From Heptranchias perlo (taxonomy: Eukaryota): a stretch of DNA of 64,000 nt. Within the stretch, counting starts at the first letter, position 1. The number at the start of each line of letters is the position of its first letter. The stretch is from the NCBI RefSeq assembly GCF_035084215.1, contig NC_090350.1, positions 29,326,001-29,390,000 of the forward strand, given 5' to 3'. A program made the position numbers and the translations under genes. Under the pieces are notes generated by a model. That model worked only from the letters and a program-made list of their open reading frames with translations, searched no databases and was not told where the DNA came from. Shown here piece by piece: positions 50,136 to 62,521 of the stretch.

Positions 50136-51009
50136 CCCCACCAGCGAACAAAAGTTATCTGTTTTAAATATAACGGGTCATTTGCTGTCTTTCTCTTCCT
50201 TCCGGATGTTTCTATGTTTCTGCCTCTCTCTCTCTCTCTGTTTTTTTTTGGTTGTTTGTATATTCGGTGGCCCTGTAGGTAACACCTCTCTGTCTGAACA
50301 CTTTGATTGCCTTGGCAACGGGCAGTTGGAAAGACTATCTGTAATCACCAGGTATTGTTCTGTGATTTATAAATGCGAAAGGTTCGAGGATTTCTTGACA
50401 TTCACCTGGGGAAGGAGGAAGCCTCCGAAAGCTTGTGATTTTCAAATAAAATTGTTGGACTATAACTTGGTGTTGTAAAATTGTTTACAATTGTCAACCC
50501 CAGTCCATCACCGGCATCTCCACATGATTGATAGATCTGGATCTGGATAGATCTGGAGAATCCTTGGAGTACATTACAGTCCTGCTGCATGTTGCACAAT
50601 TATATACATCTCAGAAAAAGTTAATTCTCCCAGGTGATGATGAGGTGGACAAAGAGATAGATGAAGGAAGAGGCCCTCATCTCCAAATCATGTGGAGGTT
50701 GGTCCAGAAGGGGAGGAGGAGCTTCTGAGAAACCCACTGACAATCACTCAAGAAAAAAGGCAAGAAATAATCTGCAGTTGTCTCCAATAAAGATCAATCA
50801 TAACTTTCATATTAGACTATGAGACACTGAAGAAGCTCCCTCAGTCATCCTACTATGAGCACTATTCCCAAAAGCAATAAATCTTTGGCTTATTCAGGTC
50901 ATTTATGTATAACAAGAAATGCCATGATAAGAGCCCTTACAATTAAGGGGACGGCAGTAACAACTCAGTGAACTGTAGGCAATCCACAGTATTATCATCC
51001 TGTTCCTGT

Positions 51010-51300
51010 AACCTCTCCTCTGGATTCCCAGGCCTTCTGATTCATGCCAGGTAAGAGGCAGCGAGAAGGGCCGGATCAACTGGTAAGTGCCTTTATTGCA
51101 TTGCTTGTGGGCCAGGAGGAGCAGAAGTGTTTCCTCCAGGCCCAACAAGCTAACCTGCCACAATCCGACACACGCGATCGGCTGACCCGCACCCCCTCCC
51201 CGAACCTCCCCCCACCCCCACCCGATGCCTCCGACTCCCTCCCCTGATGACCAACCCCCCTGTTAATCTGGCTGGTTGTCGTGAGGGAAACCTGAAAAAA
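51010..51300 (+). mobile_element. Fragment of the same non-autonomous family as 44802-45472
   Basis: ggtaagtgcctttattgc..gcttgtgggccaggaggagcag...ttcctccaggcccaacaagc. Confidence 0.7.
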
Positions 51301-52504
51301 TTTAAGATATCTTTACATCAAAATTGTAAGGATGTCTGCTCTGGCTCCCTTTCTTCCTCTCTCAAAGTAAATAGAATGTGTCTGGGTAATCTTTCAATAT
51401 TCCTGAGGCACGTGAGTTCATTGTGTTGGAAATTCAAACTTGTCATTAATTTCACAATCTCATTCAGTGTGTGTGACAGAGTGAGAGAGAGAGAGACCAC
51501 GAGGGTAGGCAATGGGAAAAGTATTATAAATTATTGTGTTGGGGTGGTAGGGATATTCATTGGAGATTAGGTTTCCAGCATGTTGCCAAAGTGATGTAAG
51601 GTCAGTGATCATGCCATTCGGCCCATAATATACTTGATCTAAGAGCACATGGTACTCTTTCTGGGTGCAAAGTGGAAATTATGTTCTAACTCAGCTTGAG
51701 AAGCATAACGGTAAGCTTAAAAAAACCTGTGCAACATACTATAGAAAAACCTAATCAGCAACTCCTTGATGTCTTGTCATGGATCAAGTTAAGTGGTTTT
51801 CTCACTAAACTCAGTGATCCTAGCTACAACCATACATTTCAATCCCTATCTATTAAAGTAATTTTAGTTGCATTCTACACTTCATAACCAAGGTTTCTTG
51901 ACAGTGGATTGATTTTTTTTGCTGTTGTTGGCATTGAGCTGGAGGTTTGTACTTTCCTTTATTGGATCTTCTTGCTTGGCTAAATACAAAGGATTCCTTG
52001 CAAATGCTTCTTGGGAAATTACAGTGCCTGCTTCAATTTGGTTAATCCTGCACTCCTGTGCTAAGGCACAAAGGGCAGAAAGTGAAAAGCACATTTAATT
52101 AATGTGAACACTTCGCCCCCCCACCCCAATCCCCCAAGAAATTGGTACTATTCTTTTACCGAAAGTTACCAAAATTAGTTTAATGGCCTTAGTGCTGATT
52201 AGATACTTGTGCTTTATAACCCTAGGCTTGCAGAGTTACTAATGTAACATGCACAACATAAATAGCATCACATTTAAACTCAAATTAATGATTAAATGTA
52301 ATTATAAAACAATAAGCTTATATGGCCAAGTGTCTGTTCACATTCCATATTTTCTTATGTTCTTCTGAACCAATAACAAAAGCTAGAAATTTAGCACACG
52401 TTGTTAGTTTGAAGCAGATGCATTAGAAAGAATCAAATAACTGGCGGTATGAAGGTTTTTTTATAACCTTGATTGCATGGGTAAGTTGTCTGATAGAAGC
52501 TGAT

Positions 52505-53610
52505 AAAGACTTGTTAAAGGCAAGTTGTGTTTGACAAATTTAAGAATTTTTTTTGAGTGACCAATTGCATAGATGAAAGGGAATGCAGCAGATGTAGTGT
52601 ATATAGATTTTCAGAAGGCTTTTGATAAAGAGTTGCACAAGAGGCTTGTTAGAAAAAAATCAGGCGTATGGTATAAGAGGGCATTTAACAGCCTGGATAA
52701 AAAGTTGACAACAGGAAACAAAGAGTTTGGGTAAATTATGTTGCTTGGATTGGAGAAAAGTAGGAAATGGGGTATCCCAGAGGTCAATACTGGGTCCACT
52801 TTTGTTCTTGCTATATATAGATGGTTTTGACTTGGGTATAGGGAGCACAGTCTCAAAATTTGCCGACGACACAAAAGTAGGGGTTTGGCAAACAATGAAG
52901 ACATTGGTTAGCGGAACGGGCAGTGGAAAGCACTGAAAGATTGGATGAACAGCAAGACGTAGGAGATCAAATACATAATTCCCTGAAAGTGTAAGTACGG
53001 GTAGATAAAGCCATAAATAGGGGCATGGAGTACCAGAATAAAGCAGTAATGATAAATCTGTACAAAACATTGGTTAGACCACAGTAAGAGTACTGTTGGT
53101 GCTGCACTGTGGAAAGGACATTAAAGCCATAGAGAGTGTACAGTGTAGATTTACCAGGATGATGCTAAGAATGGGACATTATAATCGTTAAGAGAGTCTT
53201 GAGATAGACTCTTTCCATTGGACAGAGAAGGCCAGGAAGAGAATTAATAGAGGTTTTTAAAATTAAACGGGGTTTTGACAGACTGAATAGGAAAAGACTA
53301 TTTCCTCTGATTGGGGGTGTCAATGACTAGCGGTTATCAATTTAAAATTGTTTCTAAGTGAAGGAGGAGCAAGATTAGGAGAAATTTCTTATTGCAGAGA
53401 GTTGTTGGAGTATGGAATGCCTTACAAAGTGATTGAGGCAGAGCCCATTGTATCCTTTCAAGGGAAAATTCGATAAATATTTGAACCAGAGAAAGATACA
53501 AGGCTATGAGGAGAGAATGGAATATTTTTGGTTTGTTCTATTAAAGAGCCAACACAGACACAATGTGATGAATAGCCTCCTTCTGTGTTGTAAACTTCTA
53601 TGGTTCTGTG
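52505..53610 (+). mobile_element. Degraded CR1 LINE (RT to 3' end)
   Basis: DFQKAFDK, GVSQRSILGPLLFLLYI, FADDTK, LYKTLVRP motifs. Confidence 0.88.
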
Positions 53611-54259
53611 ATACAACCCTATGATCAGTTCAACCAAGGGTAAGAGTCAATGCATCAAATAACTAATTTCTTGCCAACTTTCTTCCCTTTTCTCTTCATC
53701 TATATACGCTTGCCTACATTTTTTTCCCATTTACCATGCATTTTGTGGCAGATTTGGAGCAGATGATGGAAGCAAATGGGGCAGGGAAGTATTGCTCTAA
53801 TTCCACGCTAGTTAAATAAAAAATCTGTTCTGATTTTCTTCTACCCAAATTGACAGTGGTCCACAGCTCCCATCACAATCCTACCCATCACATGCTAGTC
53901 AAATTTAAATCAGGGACTGATGATCAATATTGGATATCCCTCCCCTACTGCCAGTAACCCACTTCAAAATATCAACCCATGTATCAAGCAGACATTGTTG
54001 GTTGCAAGTGGTGTTCAACAGTCAACATTATTGTTAAAGGTCATCTTATTAGGATAGTACAATTGCTCAAACTTTGATGGTGAAGAATTATTTTTGTTGC
54101 TTCTTGGGCTTTTTGTTCTAGCTCCAGCATTCTAATAGCTGCAGTATTGCTGCTGGTGCTATGGAGATAATTTCAGCCATAAAGCACATGCTGTTTTCAT
54201 TAAGGATTTCCCTGTACTTGTGCTTTGAAGAGAAAGAACTGAAAAATGGGGAGGAGCAA

Positions 54260-54800
54260 CTCAGGGACACATTAGGCACCGTCAAAGACATCTGAGGAAA
54301 GGGTATCATTTCTACAATGTGCAGCTGGTGTGCAGTGCAAAACACCTCGCTATATATCTGAATACAAGCTATCCAGGGACCTGCTATGTATGTGAATACA
54401 AGCTATCCAGGGACCTGCTATGATTTCTTGCCATGAGTCCTGCCATTCAGGTCCCCCTTTCGCAGCTACAGCTCATTCTCTTGCTGATATGTAGCTCTCC
54501 TACACAACTACCAAGGCACCCATTTGGAAAATTTGCTACTCTTTCTCACAGGTATGCCCCCGCTTTGCCTCAAATCCTACTCCTATTCATAGATGTCTAG
54601 ATAGCTGATCAGTGACCAAGGTGACCCCCTGTAGCAACGGCTGATGATGCCTTCGGAACCCAGGGAACTCTTAGGATCACAAACACAATCAAAGCCTTGG
54701 TGCCACTGGGATTGTCACTGACCAAGCCATAAAGGATTCTGATGACATGAATTAGGTGCCTGGGTAGATCGAGAGGAGCACTTCAGTATAGTCCTGCTAG
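54260..54800 (+). mobile_element. Very old Harbinger transposase relic
   Basis: RKGYH-like at ~54295 and RCLGRSRGALQYSP at ~54754-54795. A possible Myb relic lies on the minus strand at ~56030-56260. Confidence 0.5.
54359..54422 (+). repeat. Tandem duplication (30-bp identical unit, 34-bp period)
   Basis: tgaatacaagctatccagggacctgctatg occurs twice. Confidence 0.9.
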
Positions 54801-55514
54801 ACTGTGGATGATTGAGAATGGACAACTGCTAACAAAGCTCATAAGAGACAACTTCAGCTAAATAAGAGCCAAGCCCACTGCACAATCATTCCTGCCATTG
54901 TGGTCTCCTTTTTACAACTGCATCAATTCATTCTCTTGCTGACATGTGACATCTTCTCCACAATTACCAAAGCTCCAATTTGGAAAACCTGCTACTCGTT
55001 TTTGAGACATTCTCCCAGACCTGAAATCATTCTGCATCTACCCAGTCAGTGATAAAAGCATTTAAAGGAAGGCAAATTGTGTACCTTCATAATGTGTTTT
55101 GAAACCATGCCCTCTCTGCGTGCCCTTTCATCCCTAACCTCTAACTTCTCCATGCTCCGTCAGTGCCAAGAAGTTCTGAGGTGTCTGGTTAATGCTTTCC
55201 AGAAGGAGCCTTGGAGGACTAAGGTGGTAAATCATTTGCTTTGATTATGGGCTGCTTTCTCCTTGAAGAAGAAAGTAGGGAGTCTGAAGGCACTTTGTTT
55301 CCCATCATATAAAATGCATGCTAATAAGCATTCTTTAATAGGGGTGAAAACAGGTGCAGGAAATGAGTAATTACATATCACATGAGTCTTTAGATGCATT
55401 TCTACATGTTAAGCTATAAGTGAAGGAATACCTGCAGGGAAAAGAAGGATCTCATGGTTCCTTGTGGATTTTTCAGAGAAGTAGCACATGCTGTTCAAGA
55501 CAGGGTGGACACGA

Positions 55515-55920
55515 AAGAAAGAACTTGCATTTGAATAGTGCCTTCCACTACTTTTGAAGCGCAGTCACTTTTGTAATGTAGGAAACGGCCACAAATTTAT
55601 GCATTGCAAGATCCCACAAACAGCATTGAGATAATGACCAGTTATTTAGTGACGTTGGTTGAGGGATAAACATTGGACAGGACACAGGAGAAAAGTCCCC
55701 TGCTCTTCCAATAGTGCCTTGGGATCGTTTACAATCAGCTGAGAGAGCAGATGGGACCTAGGTTTAACTTCTCATCCAAAAGGCGACACCTCCGACAGTG
55801 CAGCATTCCCTCAGTACTGCACTGAAGTCTCAGCCTAGATTATGTGCTCAAGTCTCTGGAGTGGGATTTGAACCCACAACCTTCTGACTCAGAAGTGAGA
55901 GTGCTACCACTGTGCCAAAG
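55515..55920 (-). mobile_element. DeuSINE (SacSINE1/AmnSINE1-related), near full length
   Basis: tRNA-like head with A box (ggcacagtgg) and B box (ggttcaaatcc); Deu-domain-like gctgtttgtgggatcttgc; L2-like tail aaatgcaagttctttc. Confidence 0.85.
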
Positions 55921-56549
55921 TTAACATGTAGATAGAAATGTGAAATGTGGTTCTAATATTGGTTCAATGTGTGACTTCCTCCTCTTACCTTGACTAACCA
56001 GGTGATGTAATTGAACTTTTTCTGACACTTAGTAGCTGTGCAGGGGTTGCTGGAGATGGCACTCATCACCAAGGCAACTTCCTTCCACCGAGCCTAGTAT
56101 ATGCTCTTCATGAGCTTCCTTCCCTTGGTGCCAAAATGTTGGGTCCTTCTTTACTGAAATTCAGCCAACAACATCTCAACTGAAGAGCTTGTAAATATGG
56201 GCTAGGTTCCCTAAATCATCATCAGTACTCAGATACTGCAGAGATCCAAATTATTTAAGACACAAAATGACTGCCATGCCTCCTTAAGCTGTTGCAGACA
56301 GTTTAAAGCTGTCAGGAGGCAAACTCCTAATAGAGGTAACAGATAGTGCTGGGAGCCCACCGACAATATTAAAATGAAATTATCTGAGGAAAGTTGGATG
56401 AGGTCATGGTGAAGTCACAGGTGGGTGGAAGTACAGTCCTGGCACACTTCTGGCAGTAAAGCTGACATGGAGAGAAGTCTGGTCTACTTAATATTGCTGA
56501 GGTACAGTTTCACAAGCACATCAGCTGTCCAGTACCTTACCATAGTGGC

Positions 56550-56850
56550 CATTCCCTATGTGTGAGCCTAGACAGTGACAGTGACCAGGCTATTTGGCCG
56601 TGGAGAGCATAACAGACAAGCCTGAAACTGTTTGCCTCAGTGTCCACAGACACAGAACTTTCACCAGGATTTGCTGGTTTGTGATCTAGAACAGGAATCA
56701 TGGCCAATTTTGTTCTTCCTCAGCCAGGGGCACCAATGCCAGTTGTAGTGCCCTGGCTGAGATCAGCTAATTCAGCACACATAGGGGGTCAAACCTGGGA
56801 CTTTATGTCTGTAGGTTTCAACAACTCCTGGACAAACTAGATGAGCATTC
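56550..56850 (-). mobile_element. SINE family B copy
   Basis: Reverse complement of the 40830-41170 and 45885-46300 family. Confidence 0.7.
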
Positions 56851-58144
56851 AGGGGAGCTCTATGTGGCTAATTTAATGCCTCCCAGCAAGCATATGGAGG
56901 AAGCCCTAAACACAATTCCTAGGGAATCACATGTACATGCAATCTATGGTGTGGTATAGGAGAATGGTATCAACATTGCAGTGATGGTTTTCTTTATAAG
57001 CTGCAGGATGAATACCTAAATTTTATAAGCTCCAAAGCTACCTTCCTCCCTCCACTAAAGAAAAAAATTATCATATCTACAGAATAAATGCAACATATTT
57101 AATTCAGCAACAAAGCTGAAGGTTGACCATATCTGGCTTCTATCTTACCAAGCTGAAATAAAACAAAATAAATAGTAACAGGCTGAGCTCCTCCAAACCT
57201 TTGCTTTCAAATGTTCCAAAGAGTGTTATATCTGGCCTTGGCATAATTGATGCCTCAGTTTACTCACAATAAAACTGGCGACACAATCCTGTTGAACCAA
57301 ACTCTCACCTTTTCATTTTATAATGTTGTAGGTCCTTCAATAAAGCCATTTTAAAGCATATGTGCTGATTCATCTTCACAAATTACAGTTATAAACAAAA
57401 AATGCTTTCTAAATAATTGAGGTTCAGGGATTTACCAGAGGACAAAGCTAAAGAATTTTCAATTCTCCCTAAAATGCCCTCTATTTGTATCAATCACAAG
57501 TGACATTTTATATTTTTGATTAAATTACTATAGATGTTATCATCCAGCACTTGTGTCCCTAACTGAGTTGTTAGTATTGCCACACATAAGACATCCATCA
57601 CATCTTATAAGACAGAAGGAGTTCAAACATGGTCAAAAATATTACCACACTATCGAGGCAAGTTACCTCCAGTAGAGAAAGAGCACAATCCCCTATATAG
57701 TACAGTACTTTACTTCATTCTCCACTTCACTGATGAAACTACTATTTAGATCAGACTTTCACAGGATATATTCTATTTTGGAAGCTTCCGTGTGGGGTTT
57801 TGCATGAGGGCAATTAAGGAAAAAACACCGTAAAGAAGACAAAGTGGATGCAGCACAGATCAATGTAATACAATCTGACAAATCTAGTTGCTTCATTCAA
57901 TGCTGATGTAATTTTGTAATAATGCCTCATCTTTTGTTTAAAATTCATGAGGCTGGGTATGATTCAGTGTTATTCCAGTTCAGTTGGAGCTGATTGTTGA
58001 TAAAGCATTGAAGGAAGGGAGAATAAAACTTACTTGCATTTCAGCAGTAACTACAATTAAATGGGAGGTGTGGATCTGAATAGCACAAGCAATAAACTGT
58101 GAAATAAAAATATATAGACCATCCCTTCCACTCTCCAGTACTTG

Positions 58145-58460
58145 GCCCAAATAGCCATTCTTCATGTTGAGCCCAGAAAGCTTATGTGACTATGGAAGCC
58201 TTAACAGTTAGGCCCAATCTTGCTCTCATCTGAAATCAACACATTTCAACAGGTTCTCTAAATAGCAAGAGGAGCAATCTAGCCGATTGCTTCCCTACCT
58301 AGCCCAAGAGCACTAAGGCCAATTGCTACATCCCAACCGCTGCCCTGGCTGAGGTCAGCTAACTCAGTATAAAACCAAGAGCTAAACCTGTTACTTTTTG
58401 GTCTGTAAGGTATAGTACTTTGCCATACAGTGCCTTTACCCACTAGACCACCAGGGGTGT
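58145..58460 (-). mobile_element. SINE family B copy
   Basis: ctggctgaggtcagctaactcag...aaacctg...gtctgta...cagtgcctttacccact. Confidence 0.7.
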
Positions 58461-59439
58461 GAAGATTATGCGCCTTTAATGCTATAATCGAGAGTGTTTC
58501 CCTTTGGTGGGACTAGGATATTGTTGCACACTCAAAATTGAATGCCTAACTTTATTATTTCCTGCTCTGCTCCTGCACAGTATAATATAAGTTTAAGCCA
58601 AACAAGTTGATACTAATGAGCAAGTGTTGATGCTACACTACCTCATTTCTCATGTGACACCTGCCATTGCACTTTCCAGGTACATTTTAAGTAGTATAGG
58701 TTGAAGGCACCCAAGGGCACTGCTCTACCTCTGAGAAGTTTCACTACTGCAAAGTAAGTGCGTGAGTAGAGCATTATCTTTTTGAGATGCTGAAATGTGC
58801 TGCTGCCAGCTGTTCATTAATTCAGCAAAAGCCTCAAGCCACTTGCCCAATTTGATGGTCCAGTAATTTCTTCATCTGGTTATCCCAATACCCATTACTA
58901 CCCAGGTAAATGAAACCAGATACCATTTCTACTCAAATAATTACCTGTAAGATGAAACTCTGACAGCTGAGTAAAGCAGTAAACACTTCCCTGGCATTTT
59001 AATTGTACTGACTTGTCACCTCACCCTCTTGTTTTGCTTTTCTTCTCCAATTTTGTCTTTAACGCTCCCCTCCTGCAGACAGTGACTGGTACTACAGTAT
59101 GGTTCCCTTTTGCACTGGCAGTCGAAGTGGCCACTCTTCTTGTGAGCCCGTGCAATGACTGTTGGCAGGCTATTTGACCGTGGGTGGTCATTACAATCAA
59201 GCCTACCCCTGTCTCACCTAATGTCCTTAGAAATATAGAAAACCTCAAAGCTGGAAAAGGTCCTGAGGTCCATCTAACCCACCTTACTGTTTCATGGCAA
59301 TTGTAACTAATAGTACAGATGATTTTAACCTTCAGTGGTGGTGGAAAATGGGTGTTTGCAGATCAGCCGCCCATTATATACCCCATCTGATTTTCCTTTC
59401 CATTGAGTTTGGCCTGATTAACGTTCCATAAAATAACAG

Positions 59440-59990
59440 GATCATCTTCAAAATATACTCTATTCCTCTTTTTTATACAAACTAACATCTCATTTGCTTT
59501 CTTGACAAGATTCAGATATTTGCTGGTGACTTGAGGGGTCTATTTGCTATGATCCCCAGATCTCTTTCCTGATTTGTCTTTGTCAGTATTTTCCTGTCAA
59601 TCCTATAATCCCTCTGCTTATTTCATATCTCTAAGTTCATGAATTTGAACTTATCTACATTAAACTACATCTGCTAACTGTCTGTCCATTTCCCCAAACA
59701 GTCTAAGACTCCCCGTAGCTTGTCCACATCTTCTAGCATGTTATCTACTATTTGGTCCCATTTGCAAACTTCCAGATGAAGCTACCGACACCCTCTTCAA
59801 GATCGTTAATGAAAATGTTGGAGTTCTTGTCCCAACACCGAGCCCCGTGGGACTCCGTAGTCGCACCCCTCCACCCAGAACTTTCCCCATTCATATAGAC
59901 CCTTTGTTTCCTATCAGCCAGCCATAATTTGATCTAATGAAGCATGCTGCTGCCAATACCATGGCTGCTAATTTTCACATGTGTGGTACT
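59440..59990 (-). mobile_element. Old CR1-group RT fragment, lying between two halves of a SINE family B copy (59120-59230 and 60000-60170)
   Basis: GVPRGSVLG...NIFINDLEEG...KFA on the minus strand. Confidence 0.7.
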
Positions 59991-62521
59991 TTTTAATGCC
60001 AATCAGGATCAGGAATCCTAACTATTTCCCCCCTCTCTTGCGCAGGGACATTGAGGCTAAATATACGTCAGATACACTAACAAGCCAGGGCTCAAGCCTG
60101 GGATCATCCTGTTCCATATGATTCAGTACCACACCTCCTGGTATATTTATTCACTGACACTCTGGGGAACTTTCACAGTTAAGATTGGTGTGCACAGCTT
60201 CATGAAAATCAACCGTGAAAACACAAGTGACAGTTGACAGAAGTGGGACTTAGGGAAAAACAAGAAAGGAGCAAGTTTATATTTCTCTAAAATGTCTTTT
60301 TAGTGCCTATAATGTAAAGCAATATCTGAGACTGAAAGCTATTTATTGGTAGTGTGACTCAACCTAAATTGGAAGTGCTCCAAAATTGGTCATTTATTTT
60401 CCACACATTTCCACACATTTTGAGATTGAGATGGGTTAATCTTTCAAAAATGCTGATACAAGCACAAACGCAGTTCGTGTCCCTCTGTGTAGGAACAGTA
60501 CCATATTACAAATCTATTATAATGATGGATGTGATGATTGAGTGACTGGCATCTGAAGTTGAAGCTACGGCAATACGTCACTTTTTTTAAAGTTACTGAT
60601 CAAAATACCAGCCAACTGGTGTTCTAATGGGGGCATCTGATTTCTGGTAGAGTGTGTGTCGCATCCCTGGTAATGTAGATGGGAAATTTAACCTCACGGT
60701 AATAGTGGATTTATGCATCTGATCCCTGGAAATCTCATCGGAGTGGTGGAGGTAATACAACCTTGTGGCAGTGTGTTTGTGTAATCCCTGTTACTTACCA
60801 GTGAGTGTACTTACCTGTTTGCCTCAAGGTAATGTTTATTTGCTCAGTACCCGGTTATTGGACCTTCAAAGATGAACATGAAGTTGAATGAAATTATTTT
60901 ATTGCATTTTGATCTTTTTAGTCAGCATGAAATCTACTTTAGCTAAAATGGTGGACCGAAGGACACAGGTATCTCCACTACCTCCAGTCCAATTGATCTG
61001 TTTTACCAACTAGAATATCACTTCCTGAAAGACAAAATGGCCTCTTTCAACGTCATTTTCTTTATCAAGCTGAAAAGCTAATTTTCCACAAAGCACTCTA
61101 ATTACAGCAGTCGCCTGGTCAGGAGCTCATAAAACCTAACTCACAGCTTTGTAATAAAAAATGCGGTCCCTGTTATATACAACCTTCATGGGCTAATAAT
61201 AACAGATGTTGTTTTATGAACACATAAAACAATGCAGATATAACCCAAGAATTATTGGAGTCCACATTAGCATGGTATACTGCATACAGTGTGTATAGTT
61301 ACATCGAAGATGTCCTAGTCCTACATGAGAAACATCACACATAGTTGACTAACAGCACCATTTTCCCCATCAATTATTTTTAATCACTTAGGCAATAGAT
61401 ACATTTATTGATTCATCAAACATGTTTGATGTGATAAATGGACTCTAAGGTTAAAATGCAAATTTCCTTTCAGAAGAAAGCAGGCATCAAATAGAAACTG
61501 TCAGTTTTTTTTCCCCCAGCAAAAAGGAAAGCAAATTGGCCCTTTCCACGTAAAATTGAAAAGAGAAGCTTCTCAGCCTCATTTGCATTTGAAAAATTTA
61601 ATATGCTCTGGAGAACAAGGTACAGCTTCGCTCAGCTCAAGAGATTAGACTCAAAAGTTTCGTAAATTTAAAATGTTATACAAATGGCACAATGGGGCAG
61701 TAGTTCTTATAACCAGTGATACTTTGAGATTCCTGTTCGCAATCTGTTTTCATTGCAAATTCAAGGGAGGAATTAGAGATTTTAGAACTAAAAGAGAGCT
61801 AAAGAGAATAAATATAGGACCTTGAATTTAGAAATGTTTGATCCTATCACAGCAAGGTGAAATGGAGACAAGGGTTTCATCATCTGATATCAGCACTATC
61901 CAGGTTTATTTGAAAGAGTTATTCCACATTTATTTTGCTTAGGGTTTAAAAGATAACAGTCTCACTTTCTAGTTTTATTTCTTCATTCCGAGGCGATGGT
62001 TATACCTTCATAAAAAATGTGGTAAGCAAACAAAAAAAGGTTTGCCAAAGATTAGACAGTCTGATGGGATTGTGTCAAAACACGTCATAGCATTTCAGAA
62101 AAACGTGCCAACTTGCTTGATCTCAATGCAAGGAAAATGATGCACAACTTCTCCTTCCATACTGAGAAAGAGAAGAGGTCCTTTAAAGTTCTATCATTTT
62201 TAACAGCAGCAGGTCCGGGATTTGAGGAATAGAGCCTGGAGAATGAAAACACAAAGAGTGATACAATGTTTCACACACTAATTAGCACACCAGTTTTAAT
62301 TTAAAAACATTCAATCAAAACCAATCTGAACTCATCAAACCCTGAGCCAGAATAAGCTGCTCAAAATCATTAGTTTCGACAGAAAAATAAAATTAGGAAA
62401 GTACTCATTTACTTCATAGCATAGTCTTTATTTTAAAAAAAATACTACTTGTTCCATGACAAATGTGCATTGTTGGCTTGTCTGGCTAGGCAATGTTGCT
62501 CAGTTATTGACCAGACATATA

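Larger units (their letters stand above)
48434..50527. mobile_element. Penelope-like element with long inverted duplication
   Basis: Arms 48434-49347 (-) and 49566-50489 (+), spacer ~218 bp, 3' tail to 50527; duplication ttgatagatctg at 48424-48435 and 50528-50539. Confidence 0.95.
47600..50760 (+). mobile_element. Old Harbinger transposase remnant interrupted by a Penelope insertion
   Basis: Decayed ALNF..GSFQAAIGD..ISQSAVH, INRKGYH, and FKCLDRS|GESLEY split across the insertion. Confidence 0.8.

Noticed and set aside
55845-55920. tRNA gene
   Set aside because: A and B boxes continue into a SINE body; it is a SINE head, not a standalone cloverleaf.
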